DNA of 63,968 bases, filler included, from Neolecta irregularis DAH-3 (lineage: Eukaryota): the NCBI GenBank assembly GCA_001929475.1. It is 3 parts of 3 records of this genome, joined end to end, with 100 filler letters (N's around TTAATTAATTAA, not from the genome) between each part and the next. Parts side by side here need not be neighbours in the genome. Positions count along the whole stretch, not along the records: positions 1 to 31,903 come from LXFE01000286.1; 2 more parts are not named here. The stretch is one strand, 5' to 3'. The position numbers and the translations under genes were made by a program. Shown piece after piece: positions 13,071-28,000 of the stretch (its first letter is position 1; each line of letters starts with the position of its first letter). A model generated the notes under the pieces. That model worked only from the letters and a program-made list of their open reading frames with translations, had not been told where the DNA came from and did no database searches.

Positions 13071-16000
13071 ATGCTCCGATCAATACCATTTCCGTCTTTA
13101 CTATCAACGAATTCGAACAAAGCTATCCCGATATCAGTGTCATTGCCGTTATTGAATAAGAGAGAGTGGACACACGATGAAATTTGCCGAGCCTGGGCAA
13201 CGATCTTGTGCGGGATCGTTGGGGAAACCACGACTGTTGTGTTTCGCTGCGACGAAAACATGTATTGTATAAAAGCGGGAGAAATTAATCATGTCGACGC
13301 CGAAGAACCCCCGACAGCGATCTTTGTTTGGATCTTCTGTTTCGATAATTTCTGACTATAGTCATCATATGCCCCATCATTGTTTCTAGCAAATCACCAT
13401 TATCCGATGTCACTCGAGGTATTGGTTAAACACAATATTGGAGATTCTAATCATTTAGCCACTCACTTTAGCTATCTTTGTATCCAAGGAGGCGATCAAA
13501 TTATGTTCATCGGCTGCTCTTTTGGACCACATATCAGCTCGTAATATCCTATACCAAATGTCTCATTTTCTCATTTCTGATTCGCCTAATGAGATTCCCT
13601 CACCTAGTTTGTCTATTTTGAATCATGATCCGAAATCGTACAGTAAAGGCCTATGTCTTCACGGCCTTTTCGAAGATGTTGCGAAGAAACACTGCAACAC
13701 AATTGCACTCGAGTTCAACGATACAACGAGGATTTCATACTTCGATCTCAATCGGCTCTCCACCAATCTAGCGAACATTCTCATTCACTCTTATGCTGTC
13801 ACTTTAGGAAGCGTTATTCCGTTATTATTCAATCAGTCTATAGAATTTTATATTTCTGTTCTGGCAGTACTCAAAGCTGGAGCAGCATGGTGTCCCTTGT
13901 CGCCGTCCTTTCCTCAAGAGCGTTTATCATTTGTGATAGAGGATGTTTCCGCCAATATATGTATTACGAGTTCTCAGTATACAACTAGAATCAACATCCC
14001 TGTTCTCGAAATCGACAAGGTTGACTTTACCTATGGTTTTTCTGAATCTCCGCCGATAACTGTGCAGCCCGATGCACTTGCATACATCATTTACACTTCG
14101 GGAAGTACCGGAAACCCGAAAGGTGTACGAATAACACATTCGAACGCAGTTCATGCGATATTAGCTCATCATTGTTTCTTCGAAGAGTTCAGCCAAGGCA
14201 GATTCCTCCAATTCGCTTCTCCGACGTTTGATATTTCGGTTTTTGAATTATTCATCACATGGAGTCTCGGGTGGACATTAATAGCTCATACTCGATCGCA
14301 TTTATTATCGCGACTATATGATATTGTTATCAAGTCTCGTATATCGCACCTCGAATTGACACCTACAGTTACAACGACTCTGTTGCGAACTCTGGAAAAT
14401 ACTCAAGTCAAAATGCTTCTTACGATTGGGGAACAGCTTACCGATGAAGTCGTTAAGATTTGCTCAGATGCAAATGTTCGCTTATACAACGCGTACGGAC
14501 CAACTGAAACTGCAATGCATTGTTCAATAGCTTCAAATTTTACCTCCAACACGAAAGTGATCAACATCGGTGTACCCCTTTCAACTTGTTCAGCATACAT
14601 AATGTCCCCTACAGAAGAACGATTGCTTCCACGTAACTGGGTTGGAGAACTTGTCATTGGTGGCCCCCAAGTCAGTGCCGGCTACACTAATTACCAGTCG
14701 CATGCATTCTTCACTCACAGAAGTCAGCGGTTGTATCGAACTGGCGACCGAGCTCGCTTTCTCGAGAATGGAACTATTGAGTTTCTCGGTCGACTCCATG
14801 GCGATTCACAATTCAAAATTTCTGGACAGCGAGTCGAGCTTGGAGAAATAGAGTGTGTTGTTCGTGATATCACCGAGAATATTGTGATGTTTATCGAGGG
14901 GACCTTAGTTTGTTTTGTGTTGGAGAAGTTGACTGAAGCAGATCAGTATGCAAGGAAGAAATTGCTGGATTACATGATCCCAGTATTTCTAAAAATTGAT
15001 CGATTTCCTCAGTGTGAATCCGGGAAGCTAGATCGCAAGCGCTTGATTGAATTCTATAAAGATAAACAAATATTTCAGGAAAGTGATGATTCGAACTGGG
15101 ACGATCGATTGAGACTAATGCGCAAAATTATCTCTGAGGTATCAGGAGTTCCTCAAAATCGTATATCTAAGGATTCTTCATTCATTAGCCTTGGTATCGA
15201 TTCGCTCAAGGCAATCCTAGTTGTTCAAAAGTTGCAAAATGAGTTGGGAGAAGCATTTAATGTGGCGCAAATTCTCACCGCTTCAAACGTCTACAATCTC
15301 CGAAATTGCTCTACCATCGTTGCGAGTCCTACCCGAATTTTGTATTCGGATCTTTCGTTACAAGTTAAGTTATTGATTGATGACTCTAACGTGGTTGATG
15401 TTCTACCTGCTACGATGGTACAGGAAGCAATGATTTCTGAGAGCCTTAAGGATTCGAAGAAATATTACAATTGGGTTAGACTAGATATCGGACTTGGTGC
15501 TTCTGTTCCAGATTTCAAAGAATCTTGGAAAGCTATTGTCAATGCTAATGAAGTGCTAAGAACTGGGTTTACCGTTTGTCCTAGTACAGTCAATTCACCT
15601 AGTCACTACATGCAAGTTATTTATTCATCGGATCGATCAAATTATGAAGAAATATCATGCGGATATGTCGAATTGGACAATTTATATCGAGATCATCGGG
15701 ATGAACAACTCCTTACACTGGAGAATATGCATCTTCCAGCATTGAGCATTCGCATTTTCACTTCTCCCCTATCACGTACTGCATCACTAATGATTCACCA
15801 CGCTATCTACGACGGTTGGGCAATGGAGATCATTCTCAATGACATAAACAGATATATTACCACTCGAAACATAGTGCAACGCCCTCAATTCAGACGAGTT
15901 GTTGAGCTTGAGTACGCTATCAATACAGGTATCTCCCGCGATTACTGGAAAAGCTACCTTCACGAAGCCGAGTTTCATGCATTTCCACGTCTTTCGAGAT

Positions 16001-19000
16001 TTGTTCCTGCTAAACCTGTGATTGAAATTAAGGAGAAGAAGTTGAAATTTGAACTTTTGGATATTGAACGACGATGTCGTGAATTGAATATAGCAACTCA
16101 GACGGTCATTCAAGGAGCGTGGTCCTGGGTCTTGTCTTGTTACATCGGTTCGTCGGATATCACATTCGGCTCAGTTGTTTCCCTTCGCACAGGTCACTTG
16201 AATTTAATACCTGATGTAATCGGACCTGCTATCACCACTCTACCTTGTCGAGTCCGTATCCAGGGATCACTGGAAGATCTTTTGTATCAAATACATCAGA
16301 GCAATATCAATATGATAACACATTCTGCAGTCAGCTTACGCCAAATCTGCCAAGATGCTGGCGACAGGTCATTGTTCGATACCGTGGTTGTGTTTCAAAA
16401 AACTACAAATGGGGACAACAAAGGTCCAGTGAAGCAAGTCGATTTTATGGATTACCTCGAGGTATAACATTTTTCGATATAACATATTAATAAACCAGTA
16501 TCGTGTTATTCTTGCCATCCTGCCGTCGGCAAATACTATTACCTTGCGAGTCACTTTCGATGGTGGTTATTTTCCTTCAGAGCATTGTACAGTCATGCTC
16601 GATCAAATTAATTTTTTCATCTCTACCTTCCTCGAAGATTCAAGGACGTCTATGAGTGCAATCACCGAATCGTCTCATATACCAGAAGCACTCCTCTCCC
16701 TTTTGAATCCAAACCCCCAGGTCAAATCAAAACATACCGAATACCAAAACGTGTTCCATCTCATAGACAACGTCGCTACAGGCCTGTTAGTTGATCAGAC
16801 GGCCATTGAATACACTGAAAACTTCGAGAAATCCCCCTTGACTCTCACCTATGGTCAATTGAAGCAGACGTCAGATCGCATCGCATCGCATCTTCTCAAC
16901 AAAGGCCTGCGAAAAGGGGATACCATCGGACTATTTGTCGAGAAATCGCTGCTTGTCTACCCTACAATACTGGGTATTCTTAAAATTGGGGGGATTTACA
17001 TGCCTATTTCAACGAATACTCCAGTTGCAAGGATTCTTTATATGCTTGAGACTACGGGGACAAAAGCATGCTTAACCTCATCAGATTTGCAGCAGTTCCT
17101 CTTGCAAACGCTTGAATGCTCAATTAAGATCTATACCATAAACGATATCCTACAAAATACTAAAATCAAAGACTGTGCATTCCCTGAAGTTGATTTAGAT
17201 GACTTGGCCTATATTATCTTCACTTCTGGTAAATTTCTGATCTCAATTGGCTTTGGCTGACTTGTAGGAAGCACCGGAATGCCCAAAGCTTGTCAATTGA
17301 CGCATTCGAATCTTTTGAACCATATCCTTGTGGTTAAATCACTATACCCTTCCACAACAGACTCGCGTTTTCTTCAGTTTACAGTCCTAAACTTCGATGT
17401 TTCTGTTTTTGAAATTTTCTTCACGCTTTCTCTCGGATTAACTTTATGTGTCGTCCGCACCGATTTAATCCTTCGAGATCTCACGTTCGCTGTTCAATAC
17501 CTGCGTATTACGCATGTCAATCTTACATCGACCATAGCCTCGCTTTTGGAACCATCAAGTTGTCCGGACTTGACTACAATCATTCAAAGCGGTGAAGTTT
17601 TGCAGCAGAGTATACTTGATAAGAGCATTGACAATGGCCTAATCAATGCATATGGTCCCACAGAACTCACTAATATATGCACTGCGAACACTAAAATGAC
17701 CACGACTGTGTATTATAATAATATTGGATGGCCTCTTTCGAACACTTCCGCTGTTATACTTGATGTAGGTGGCAAGACAATGATCAAAGGCGCTCTCGGA
17801 GAAGTGTGTTTTGGCGGGGCTCAAGTTGTATGACTGGTTCGTTTTTCATCCTTCTAACTACAGTTTCGCGGATATGTCAACGGAGGGGTTTTCCAAAATG
17901 AATGCTTCTTTCAGCACCCAAGTCTAGGCCGGCTTTACAGGTCTGGCGATTTTGTTCGTTTTCTGGCCGATGGGTCTATTAATTATGTTTATCGAAGAGA
18001 TGAGCAGCTCAAATTACGAGGTCATCGAATTGAACCCGCGGAAGTCAATTCTGCCATCTCAAAAGCCTCGGAACTCTGTTTGGATGCTTTTACTTTATGT
18101 CTCGACATGACCAACGGTCGTCAATTGGTTACTTTTGTGGTCGTAGTTTCCAAATTATCTGCCTCGGAAACTCGTGTCTTGATCAACAGACTATTCTCTC
18201 AGGTGGACGAAATTTTACCACCCTATATGATTCCCGTCTTCATTATTCCAATCTTAAGGATTCCCACCAGCTCTAATGGCAAAATTGATCGTAAAGCGTT
18301 AGAAGGTCATTTACGTGACATGAGCGATGGGGATTTGGCTGTCTGCTCACCTGCGTCGAATATAGAAAAAGAAACACCCTTCTCTGCAAACGAACAAATA
18401 GTTCGCGGAATTTTATCCAAAATCTGCAACATTTCAGTCGCTTCAATAAAACAATCGACTTCCATATTCAGTCTTGGTATAGACTCTATCTCGGCTATCA
18501 GTCTTTCCGCCCGTCTCTTTGAAAGTGGGTTTAAAAGGCTTGATATCTCACAGATAATGCTCAATCCTACACTTTCCAAAATTGTATATTTGATTGAGCA
18601 TCAAGAGCCTACCAGCAAGCAAGACACTTCTTCGAGCATTGGAAAATCCATATTATCTCTATTTCGTGAAACCCAGGGCCCTTCAGTTCTAGCTCTTCTC
18701 GGTATTCCTTCAGCGGAAGTAGTGGATATTCTTCCATGTACACCGCTGCAGGATGCTATGCTCGCTTCGAGAACTGCTCCAGGGAGCGGCTCGTCTTATG
18801 TCAATCATATGTCATTTTGCTTAAATTCATCTGCAAATGTCACCCGTCTCAAAGCTGCTTGGGAGAAAATCATCAAAATCACTCCTGCATTAAGGACCCG
18901 ATTTGCTATGACGAGCGACGTTCAACATCCCTTTGCCCAGGTGGTTGTTCGGTCTCTTCCTATTCCCTGGATGGCAGTTTCCGTATTCAACAAGTCAGAC

Positions 19001-22000
19001 ATCAAGACCATCATGAAAAGAAATGAGGACAACATTGATACTTCTAATCAGCTGTTTCAGTTGGTTCATTTTGAACCCGAATCTCAAAATATACTAATTC
19101 TATCAATTCATCATGTCTTATATGATGGCTGGGCGATGAGCGAATTGCTCGAAGACGTCATTCGGGTTTATGAGAATGAAGTATTGCCAATTAGACCCTC
19201 AGCACGACAGGCTTTTGAATATTTATTCTCACTCAACCTCATGCAGGCAGATGAATTTTGGATTCGCGAAATGAATAAATGCGAACCCACATTTTTTCCT
19301 GATCTCATTGGACGAAAGGAAATAAATTTGCCAACTACCTTCAGGGTCTTCGATAGATGTACTCTCAAACTTAGTGATATTGAGTCGCATGCCAAGTCAT
19401 CAAGTCTTGCTTTGTTATCTTTATGTCAAGCATCTTGGGTTCGACTACTTTCCGCTCTTACCGGCCAAAAAGATCTGATCTTTGGAAATGTCTTCAGTGG
19501 AAGAACTATTCCAGTCGTGGATGCTGAAAAAATCATTGCACCATTGTTCAACACTCTTCCGATAAGGCTTCGGATTTCGGAGGATATTACCAACCGACAA
19601 TTAGCAAGATCTCTTCAAAAGAAGAATGCAGAGATCCTACAGTACCAAAGCACTCCTCTACGTCGAATCTTGAGCATCACATCTTCGGAGGCTTTGTTCG
19701 ATTCTCTAATCATTCTACAAAAAGACCACAGTGCAAAACAAAAACTTTGGAGTGCACAAGAGGAAATAATGTTAACAGACGTGAGCAATAATGATATTTC
19801 ATTTTCCTTCGTCATTTTGACTTTAATAGTTCCCTGTTGTGGTCGAGTTTTTCCCAAGGCATGATTTCAATGCGCTCGAATTTGTTATTACCGCAAAAAC
19901 TTCGCACATCACCAGAAATGACGCTCAAATTATGCTGACTCAATTGAACAGAATTTTTACTGGATTAATTACTCGACCGGACGATTCAATTTTCGACTAC
20001 GCCAATACTTTTGAGATGGAGCTATTAGCGATATCGAATCCCTTTCCTGCTCCAATTCAGAGTGGGCATAAGCTTCTACATTCTGCTGTAGAAGAATTTT
20101 CCAATACAACTCCAGAGGCGATTGCAGTCCGATTTCTAGGTGATGAGAAACATATTAAGAGTTTTACCTATCGAGAGATCAACGAAAAAGCAAATCAAAT
20201 CGCAGATTGTCTTTCTTCCTTCAAACTACTCCCAGATGACGTCATTGCTATTTTTATGGAAAAGTCGCCTAGATTATACCTTTCAGTGCTCGCCACATTA
20301 AAGGCTGGAGCAGCTTTTTGTTCATTGGATCCAAGTGTTCCGCATAAAAGGATTTGCATGTTGTTATCCCAGCTCGATGCAAAGATTGTTTTAACCAGTA
20401 CAGACTGCAAAGCCATTGAAGCTTTGGAAAGGAGCCCGCATAGATATAACGTGCTTTACATCGACAGATTGGACCTCAGTAAAAGGTCAACACTTAATCC
20501 TGCTATCCAAATCGCGCCTAACAACTTGGCGTACTACACTTTTACTAGCGGAAGCACTGGAATTCCCAAAGCCGTTATGATTCAACATAAGACTGCTCTT
20601 CAAGCTATTCTAGCTTCACAGGTAAGTCTATCCATTAGAAAAAAGGCAACGCTGTTACAGTTCGCAATGCAGACTTTTGATATGTTTATTTATGATATCT
20701 TTTTAGCATGGAACTGCGGAATTTGCCTCGCAAGCTCTGTCCAAAGATATTTGCTCGAAGATCTCGAAGGTGTAATTAATCAATTGGGAGTAACGCATCT
20801 TGATTTGACACCAACAGTCGCTAGCACATTGGAAAGGACACGGGTCCCCAAGATCGAAAGGTTGTTCTGCATTGGTGAAGTCATGAGGACTGACCTTGTC
20901 AATACTTGGAAATCCCATCTCGTTAATTTATACGGACCAGCAGAGTGCAGTATGGTCTCCGGGTTTGCTCTGGCCGATATCTCGAGAAAAGCTGCCAATA
21001 TTGGCAAGCCCCTTTCGACTGTTTCTTACGAAATTCGATCTGATATGGGTTATCTTCTTCCTCTCGGCTCAACAGGATTTTTACATTTGAGCGGTCTGCA
21101 ACTGGCTAGGGGCTATTGGGGCGATGAAAAACTGACCCAGAAACATTTCTATGGCAAAGATCAACATCGTTACGATACGGGAGATGTTGTCCGAGCTTTA
21201 TACGACAATACTTACGAATTTGTGGGGCGCCAGGACGATCAGGTCAAAATCAATGGTCAGCGAGTCGACCTTGGAGAAATAAATTCCATAGTTCAGCAAG
21301 CATGTATGGAAGCTCTTATATCCGTTACTTGCATCATGCAACATCCTCGACGTAAGGCTGATCAGATTGTGACATTTGTAGCGCCCAAAATGATTGTCTC
21401 TGAAGAATGTCAAAGCTCGTACGATTTATCAACCTCCAGAACAGAAGCTGATAGAATTCTCAAGTTCGTTTCGCAGTATCTTCCTTCGTATATGGTTCCC
21501 CAGAGCATTTTATTTCTTGCTGCAATTCCTCTTAGCGGTGCTGGAAAAACGAATCGCCATAGTCTTCGAGACTATTATCAGTTAGCTTCTGTCGAGGAGC
21601 TTACATTCAAAGATTCGACCTCCTGCCGGTCTTGGTCCGAAGACGAAACCGCCATCCGTTGTGAGATTTCACAAATCAGCGGGATGGATAACCATTTAAT
21701 TCAAAAGGATACAAAATTGTATCAGCTCGGAATCGACAGTATTACGGCTATTCAACTTGCTCGTAGACTACGGAACTCTTTCAAACTTGATATCTCTGTT
21801 CTAAATCTTATGAAGGTACAAAATAATACGGTTTGTGCACTTACGATTATAGAGTCCTGATATCGCTGGGATATCTAACGTGTTAAAGAAACTGAAGAAT
21901 CAAAAGGAATCGAGCAAACAAAATTTATGGCTTGATATCTCTCGCAAATTTCAGAATGAAATTGTAATGTTTCCCTATGAACGATTTCGTTTTCAAAACA

Positions 22001-25000
22001 TATACATCAATCGAATTCTTCCGGTCACCATGCTACAACAAGAACTCCTGGCAAATAGTATTCAGAACAATGGCGGCACTTATATCAATCACGTTGTTTT
22101 TGAACTTGCTAAGGGACTCGACTGTGATCAATTAAAAACTTCTTGGACCGCAGTCTTCCGGGCAGTTGAAGTCCTCCGAACCGCTTTCACAGAGTACAAG
22201 ACGAGCATCGCCGAGTATGTTCAAATCGTGTATTCTAGCGACATGCCACTTCCATTCGAAGTTATGGAAATAGCCAGTGCAGACATCTCAGCGTGTCTGG
22301 ATAATCTCTGTTCTCAATTACAATCAAGATTCATCAAGAATCTTTCAACCCCTCCTGTATCACTCAACCTTATCAAGGGTTCTAAATCAACATATCTTTT
22401 GTTTTCTGCTCATCACGCACTCTTCGACGGCTGGGCACTCAAGGCAATTTATAATCGAGTATTTGAGGAATACAATTCTCATACAGTCACGCCACCAGTT
22501 CCAAACGACGCTCTCATCTGGCAATCTATAAACGATGCCCGTGACCTCTCCAAATCGGAATCTGCAAGGTCATTCTGGCAAGCGTCAGCATCAAACTATT
22601 CATATCATAAATTTCCAGATCTGAATCCCGAAATTGTGCAGGATTGCATAACAAAATCCACGAACCACAAATCTTATCTCAAGCTATCTCATGTCGAGAG
22701 CTTCTGCAGAAGCCGCAATATATCTTTCCAAGATATTCTTCAAGCAGGCTGGGCAAAACTTCTTTCAATGTATCTCGGAGAGCAGAGAATTACATTTGGC
22801 ACAGGCAGGCAACACAATTGTTCAAGTGATTGACAGATAGTACGCTCTGGTAGAGACATTGTCCTGGATGCTGATGAGATGTTATTTCCAGCTATTGTAA
22901 CTTTACCAGTCTTTCATGAAGTAAAGGGCTCGAATTCAGAGTTCTTGGAAAAGGTTCACAAATTCAATATCGAGCTAGTACCTTACCGAAACTGTCCATT
23001 GCCTACGCTCACTCGATGGTTTGATCAGTCTCATGGAGCTCCAATTTTTGATACAATCCTGATCTACCAAAAGACTGGAATGCAAGACAAGTCTCGGAAT
23101 CCAGACTTTTGGGAGATTTATGAAGAAAGAGCTACATCCGACGTACGAAGTTATATCACCGAGTTTGCTAATCGGGTTAGTATTCAGTCTCGTTGGAAGT
23201 GTCAGAGCGTAGTGATGGGTCCTTATATTTTTCAATTTCCTTTAAAACAACTGTCCTTCCTTTTGATCAGGCGAACGCTCTTCTTCGCCAATTCGAATGT
23301 TCGCTTATCGACATCCTTGAACAGCCTTATAGCGATGCTAATCGTATTTCCACAGATGTAGCGCCGGATTTAATCTCATTTCGGCCTCCGATAATCGAGG
23401 CTTTTTCCTCCAATATTAATTTTCTTCACGAGTTTGTCGAGAGTCATGCAAAATCGATGCCCAACAAAATTGCGGTAGAGTTTGTAACGGACATCAATGA
23501 CGAGGAACATGGAATTCAAAGATGGTCATATACTGAATTGAATGATCTTGGGAATAGAGTAGCAGCATGGTTACAAAAGAAAGGGCTTCCATTTAAATCT
23601 CCTGTTGGAATTTGCTTTGATAAATGTCCAGAAGCTATCTTCACAATCCTTGGAATTCTCAAATCTGGAAGGGCTTTTCTTGCATTGGATCCTTCGACTC
23701 CGACTGACCGGAAGCTTTTTGTAATGAGAGACTCTCGTGTTCCCTTGGTAATATCATCGAGGAAGCAAGTTGAAGATTTATCGAATACAATACCGACTCA
23801 TCTACTAGCCTCAGTTGAAATTATTCTAGAAAGCAGCACAGTTGCATCTGATTTCACACCTGTTGTAAATCTTTTATCGAGTAGCCCTTCTTATGTGCTT
23901 TATACGAGGTAATTCTATACAACCGGGGTTTTTTTACTGAGGATAAAGTGGAAGTACAGGCAAACCTAAGGGCTGTGTCATTTCACACGAAAGTGCTGTT
24001 CAATACATGTACGCTCTCAGTGACATACTGAAAGGTCAATGGACCGAAAGCTCAAAAGTTTTTTCTTTCGCCTCTTTTCATTTCGACGTCAGTGTTCTCG
24101 AGCAATACTGGACCTGGAGTAATGGCCTAACAATGGCTACTATGCCACGCGACGATTTCTTAGCCGATATGACTCATGCCATCAATACCCTTCGAATCAC
24201 GCACATCGACTTGACTCCTAGTCTAGCTGCTCTTTTAGATCCAGGCGATTTACCGTCAATCCAGATGTTTATGACAGGTGGTGATATGATCAAGCGAGAT
24301 ATAATCAAACGATGGGGCCCTAGTGGCGTCTTATTCAATGCTTATGGTCCGACTGAGGTAGGAAAGCTTCAAGATACTGTTGATACATTAGGCCACGATT
24401 GGCTGCACTTTGGCCAGAAATCTCTCTGAGAACGCCAAATCTTCAAACATTGGAACCGCTTACCCCAACTGTGGGCTACTTATTACAACCACCGGTACTC
24501 CTCCTCATCCTGTACTACAAGGAGCTGTCGGCGAGCTCTGTGTGTACGGAAAACAGCTAGCAACTGAATATATCAATTTACCCGAACTCACAGCTGACAA
24601 ATTCTTGGTTTTGGAAACCGGTCTGCGTGTTTATAGAACGGGTGATCTGGTGAGGTTACTAACAAATGACACTTACGAGTTCATCAGTCGGATAGATGAT
24701 CAGATAAAGTTACGAGGTCAAAGAATCGAGATCGGCGAGATTAATGCTACCATCAAAGATTCAAGTATGAATATTATGGAAGTGGAGACGTTGGTTTTGA
24801 AGCATAAACCGCAAGCGAATGAACAACTCGTATCATTTGTGGTTTTAAAGAACCATGAATTAAATTCGACTTGTGAAGTCATAGAAGATTCAATTTCTTG
24901 TTCCAATGATATACAGTTACTATTGACAGCCTGTCAAAGAACCTTGGCTCCGTACATGGTACCTACTTATGTCTTGGGAATAACGATTATGCCTCTCACC

Positions 25001-28000
25001 GCGACGAATAAAATCGACCGTAAACGTTTAGCAAGCCTTTTTACAGACACAGAGTTGTCTTTAATTCAACGTTTCACAGCGATAAGAACCAATACGACAG
25101 TTTCATCCCGCATCTTCACGAAGCTTCGTCGACTCGCAGCTGATTATACTCAGATTTCGGAAGACAATATCCGACAGGAGAGCACTATCTTCGAACTTGG
25201 ACTTGATTCAATTACTGCAATCGGATTCTCTAAAAGAATGAGAGATGAAGGCTACGCAGGTGCAGAAGTTGCGATTGTTCTTCAAAGTAAGCAATTTTCC
25301 CATGATTAGTGAAAGCTAATTGTGGAGATCCCAAGCTGATCGATCTGGCTGTAATTCTTCAATCTCTTCAAAGCCCTGCCCAAGGACGTAGATTAAATTT
25401 CCGACCTTCGTATCGAGCTATGAAAAATGCTTCCGGGCAGCTCAAAACACCTGTGTCACTCATCTCTCAGGTCCTTCCATGTTCACATCTTCAGGAAGGC
25501 ATTATTCTCGCAAACCTGAAGGAAGGAAACTCTTGTGCATATTTTAATCATTTCACTTTTCTTCTGGGGCCATCAATTAATCTTGACGACCTCAAAAACT
25601 CCTTGATCTATTTGATTGACAGTAACGACATTTTACGAACATGCTTTGTTCAATCCAAACAGGGTTACGCTCAAGTAATTCTCCGACGAGTGAATCCTGA
25701 TCAACACATTTTTCTTATCAATGTCGAGGCTGAAGACACCCTTTCGCAAGTGAAATCCCTACAAGGCAAGTTCCTTGAAGAAAGAGAGCCTAATAATCCT
25801 CCATTTCGCGCTACCATTGTCAAAGGTCCTGATCATTCATACCTCTCCCTTACTTTGTTTCATGCCATCTACGATGGCTGGTCCTTGGAAAATTTGCTGG
25901 ATGACCTCGGACGTTTGATGAAAAAACGAAAGCCAATAAGTCGACCACCGTTTCACGAGGCATTGGCTTTTATGCTAGAATTTGATGAAGATAAGTCCAA
26001 GGTTTATTGGAGAAATTCCCTTTCGAATACAAAGCCGTCCAGACTTGGGCTTCCCAACAGTGATCATATTACTGCAGCTGCATATGATGGAGAGCTTTGT
26101 CATACCTACGAAGCAGTGGAGATTTCCAGTCACGACTACCACTGCACACCACAAACTATGTTACAGGCAGCTTGGGCCTTGACGATTGAGAAACATTCAG
26201 GAAACAACGTTATTCTAGGTCATGTTGTCTCTGGAAGACTCTTACCTATTGATGATGCAGATAAGATTGTGGGTCCACTATTCAATACACTTCCATTCCC
26301 GCTGAATATAGCCAAGGGTTCGACGAATCGCACTTTCATTCAAGAGATGCAAAAGTTCAATTCTTCCACAACCTCATATCAGCACACTCCTTTACGAAAG
26401 ATCAACAAATGGCTTGGAATACCAACAAACATACCTCTCTTTGACACACTCTTTGTTTTTAATTTTGAAAAAGATGTGGGGGACTTGGATTTAAAATTGA
26501 TAGATAGTACAGGAGAAACTGAAGTGGGTTCTTTTCCCAGGTCTACTAAGCTGATATGTCTTAGTATGATCTAGCACTCGATATTACTGGTAGAAGAGGA
26601 GCAAATTTGAAGGTCAGTATTAAAAACCGATCTGGTATTCAAACAGAGGCTATTTTGCAAGAATTTAGTCGGCGTCTCGATAGTGTTCTGGAACACCCCG
26701 ATTTGATTATTGACACCACTGGATTTACTGATGAAGTGTTTCAAGATCATAAAACCCTAGTCAATCTTCCAGAGACACCGCTTGCCGATGTTGAGAGCGA
26801 CGTTGTCGAGCTAGTGACGGAGATCTTGGCTGGCATGACTGATATGGATGTTGACGCCATAAACTTGTCGTCTTCCATCTTTGAGCTTGGCTTGGATAGT
26901 ATCGAGGCTGTTCAGCTCTCCTATCAACTCAAACAAAAGAAGCTAATTATTCCTGTAAGCGCTATTATGAAGCATCACACTGTCTACGGGATTGCATCTC
27001 AAGTCAAGGCTATCTCAACGAATGGTCTTGAAAATAGCCCAGAAAGGCTGGATTTGCTTGAAGAGTTTTCCCAATGCATTCGGGAACACCTCGATCCAAC
27101 TAGATTTGAAACTGAAGATATCGTCGACATTTATCCTTGTAGTCCTCTCCAAGAAGGCATGATAATACAAAATGCCGCCTCAGATGGCGAAGCATATTCC
27201 AACCACATTATCCTTGAACTTTCACAAGAGACGGATCTCAATCGCTTTTGTAATGCCTGGAGAACTGTCATGGATCGACATGACATTCTACGCACCAGTT
27301 TTCTCAACCTTGTCGATATGCCTGGATTCTTTCGAGATTTCTCATTCGCTCAAATTGTTCATCGAAAGTCCAGCTTTGATGTCAAGTTCAGTCCAGAAAA
27401 GGCTGCTCCTCTCCGCCTATTCGAGAAACCGCCCATTTCATTGTATGTCGATATTCAAAAGGCCAGAACGTTGGTGACAGTTTTCATAAATCATGCACTC
27501 TACGACGGCTGGAGTCTGCCGCTCATTTTTAAAGATGTCGAGTCTGCTTATAATGGACTTGAACTTCCTAGACGTCCAAGATTTAAGGAATTCGTTCGTG
27601 AAGCGCTCTCGATCGACTTTGATAGTGCAGAGGATGCCTGGAAAGCAAAACTTCAACACGCATCAGTCACGCTATATCCGCAATTTAGTCAAAGTGTCTC
27701 CACCGATCAGGTTCATCGAGACAAGTTGTTTTCAAGTGTATCCCTCGAACTTGCGCGAGAGACTTTGAAACGGCTTGGTATCACTTTTCAGACTCTTGGT
27801 CAGGCCTGCTGGGCTATCTTTCTGGCACATGTCACGGAACAACACGAGGTGCTTTTTGGTACAGTTATCAATGGAAGAAACGGTATTGAAGGTGTGCAAG
27901 ATGTTATTGGACCAGCGATGACCACTATTCCTGTCCGAGTACATCTTGAGGGGAAGACTTGTGGGGAGATACTTGGTGAGCTTCAAAAGTACACAGGCGA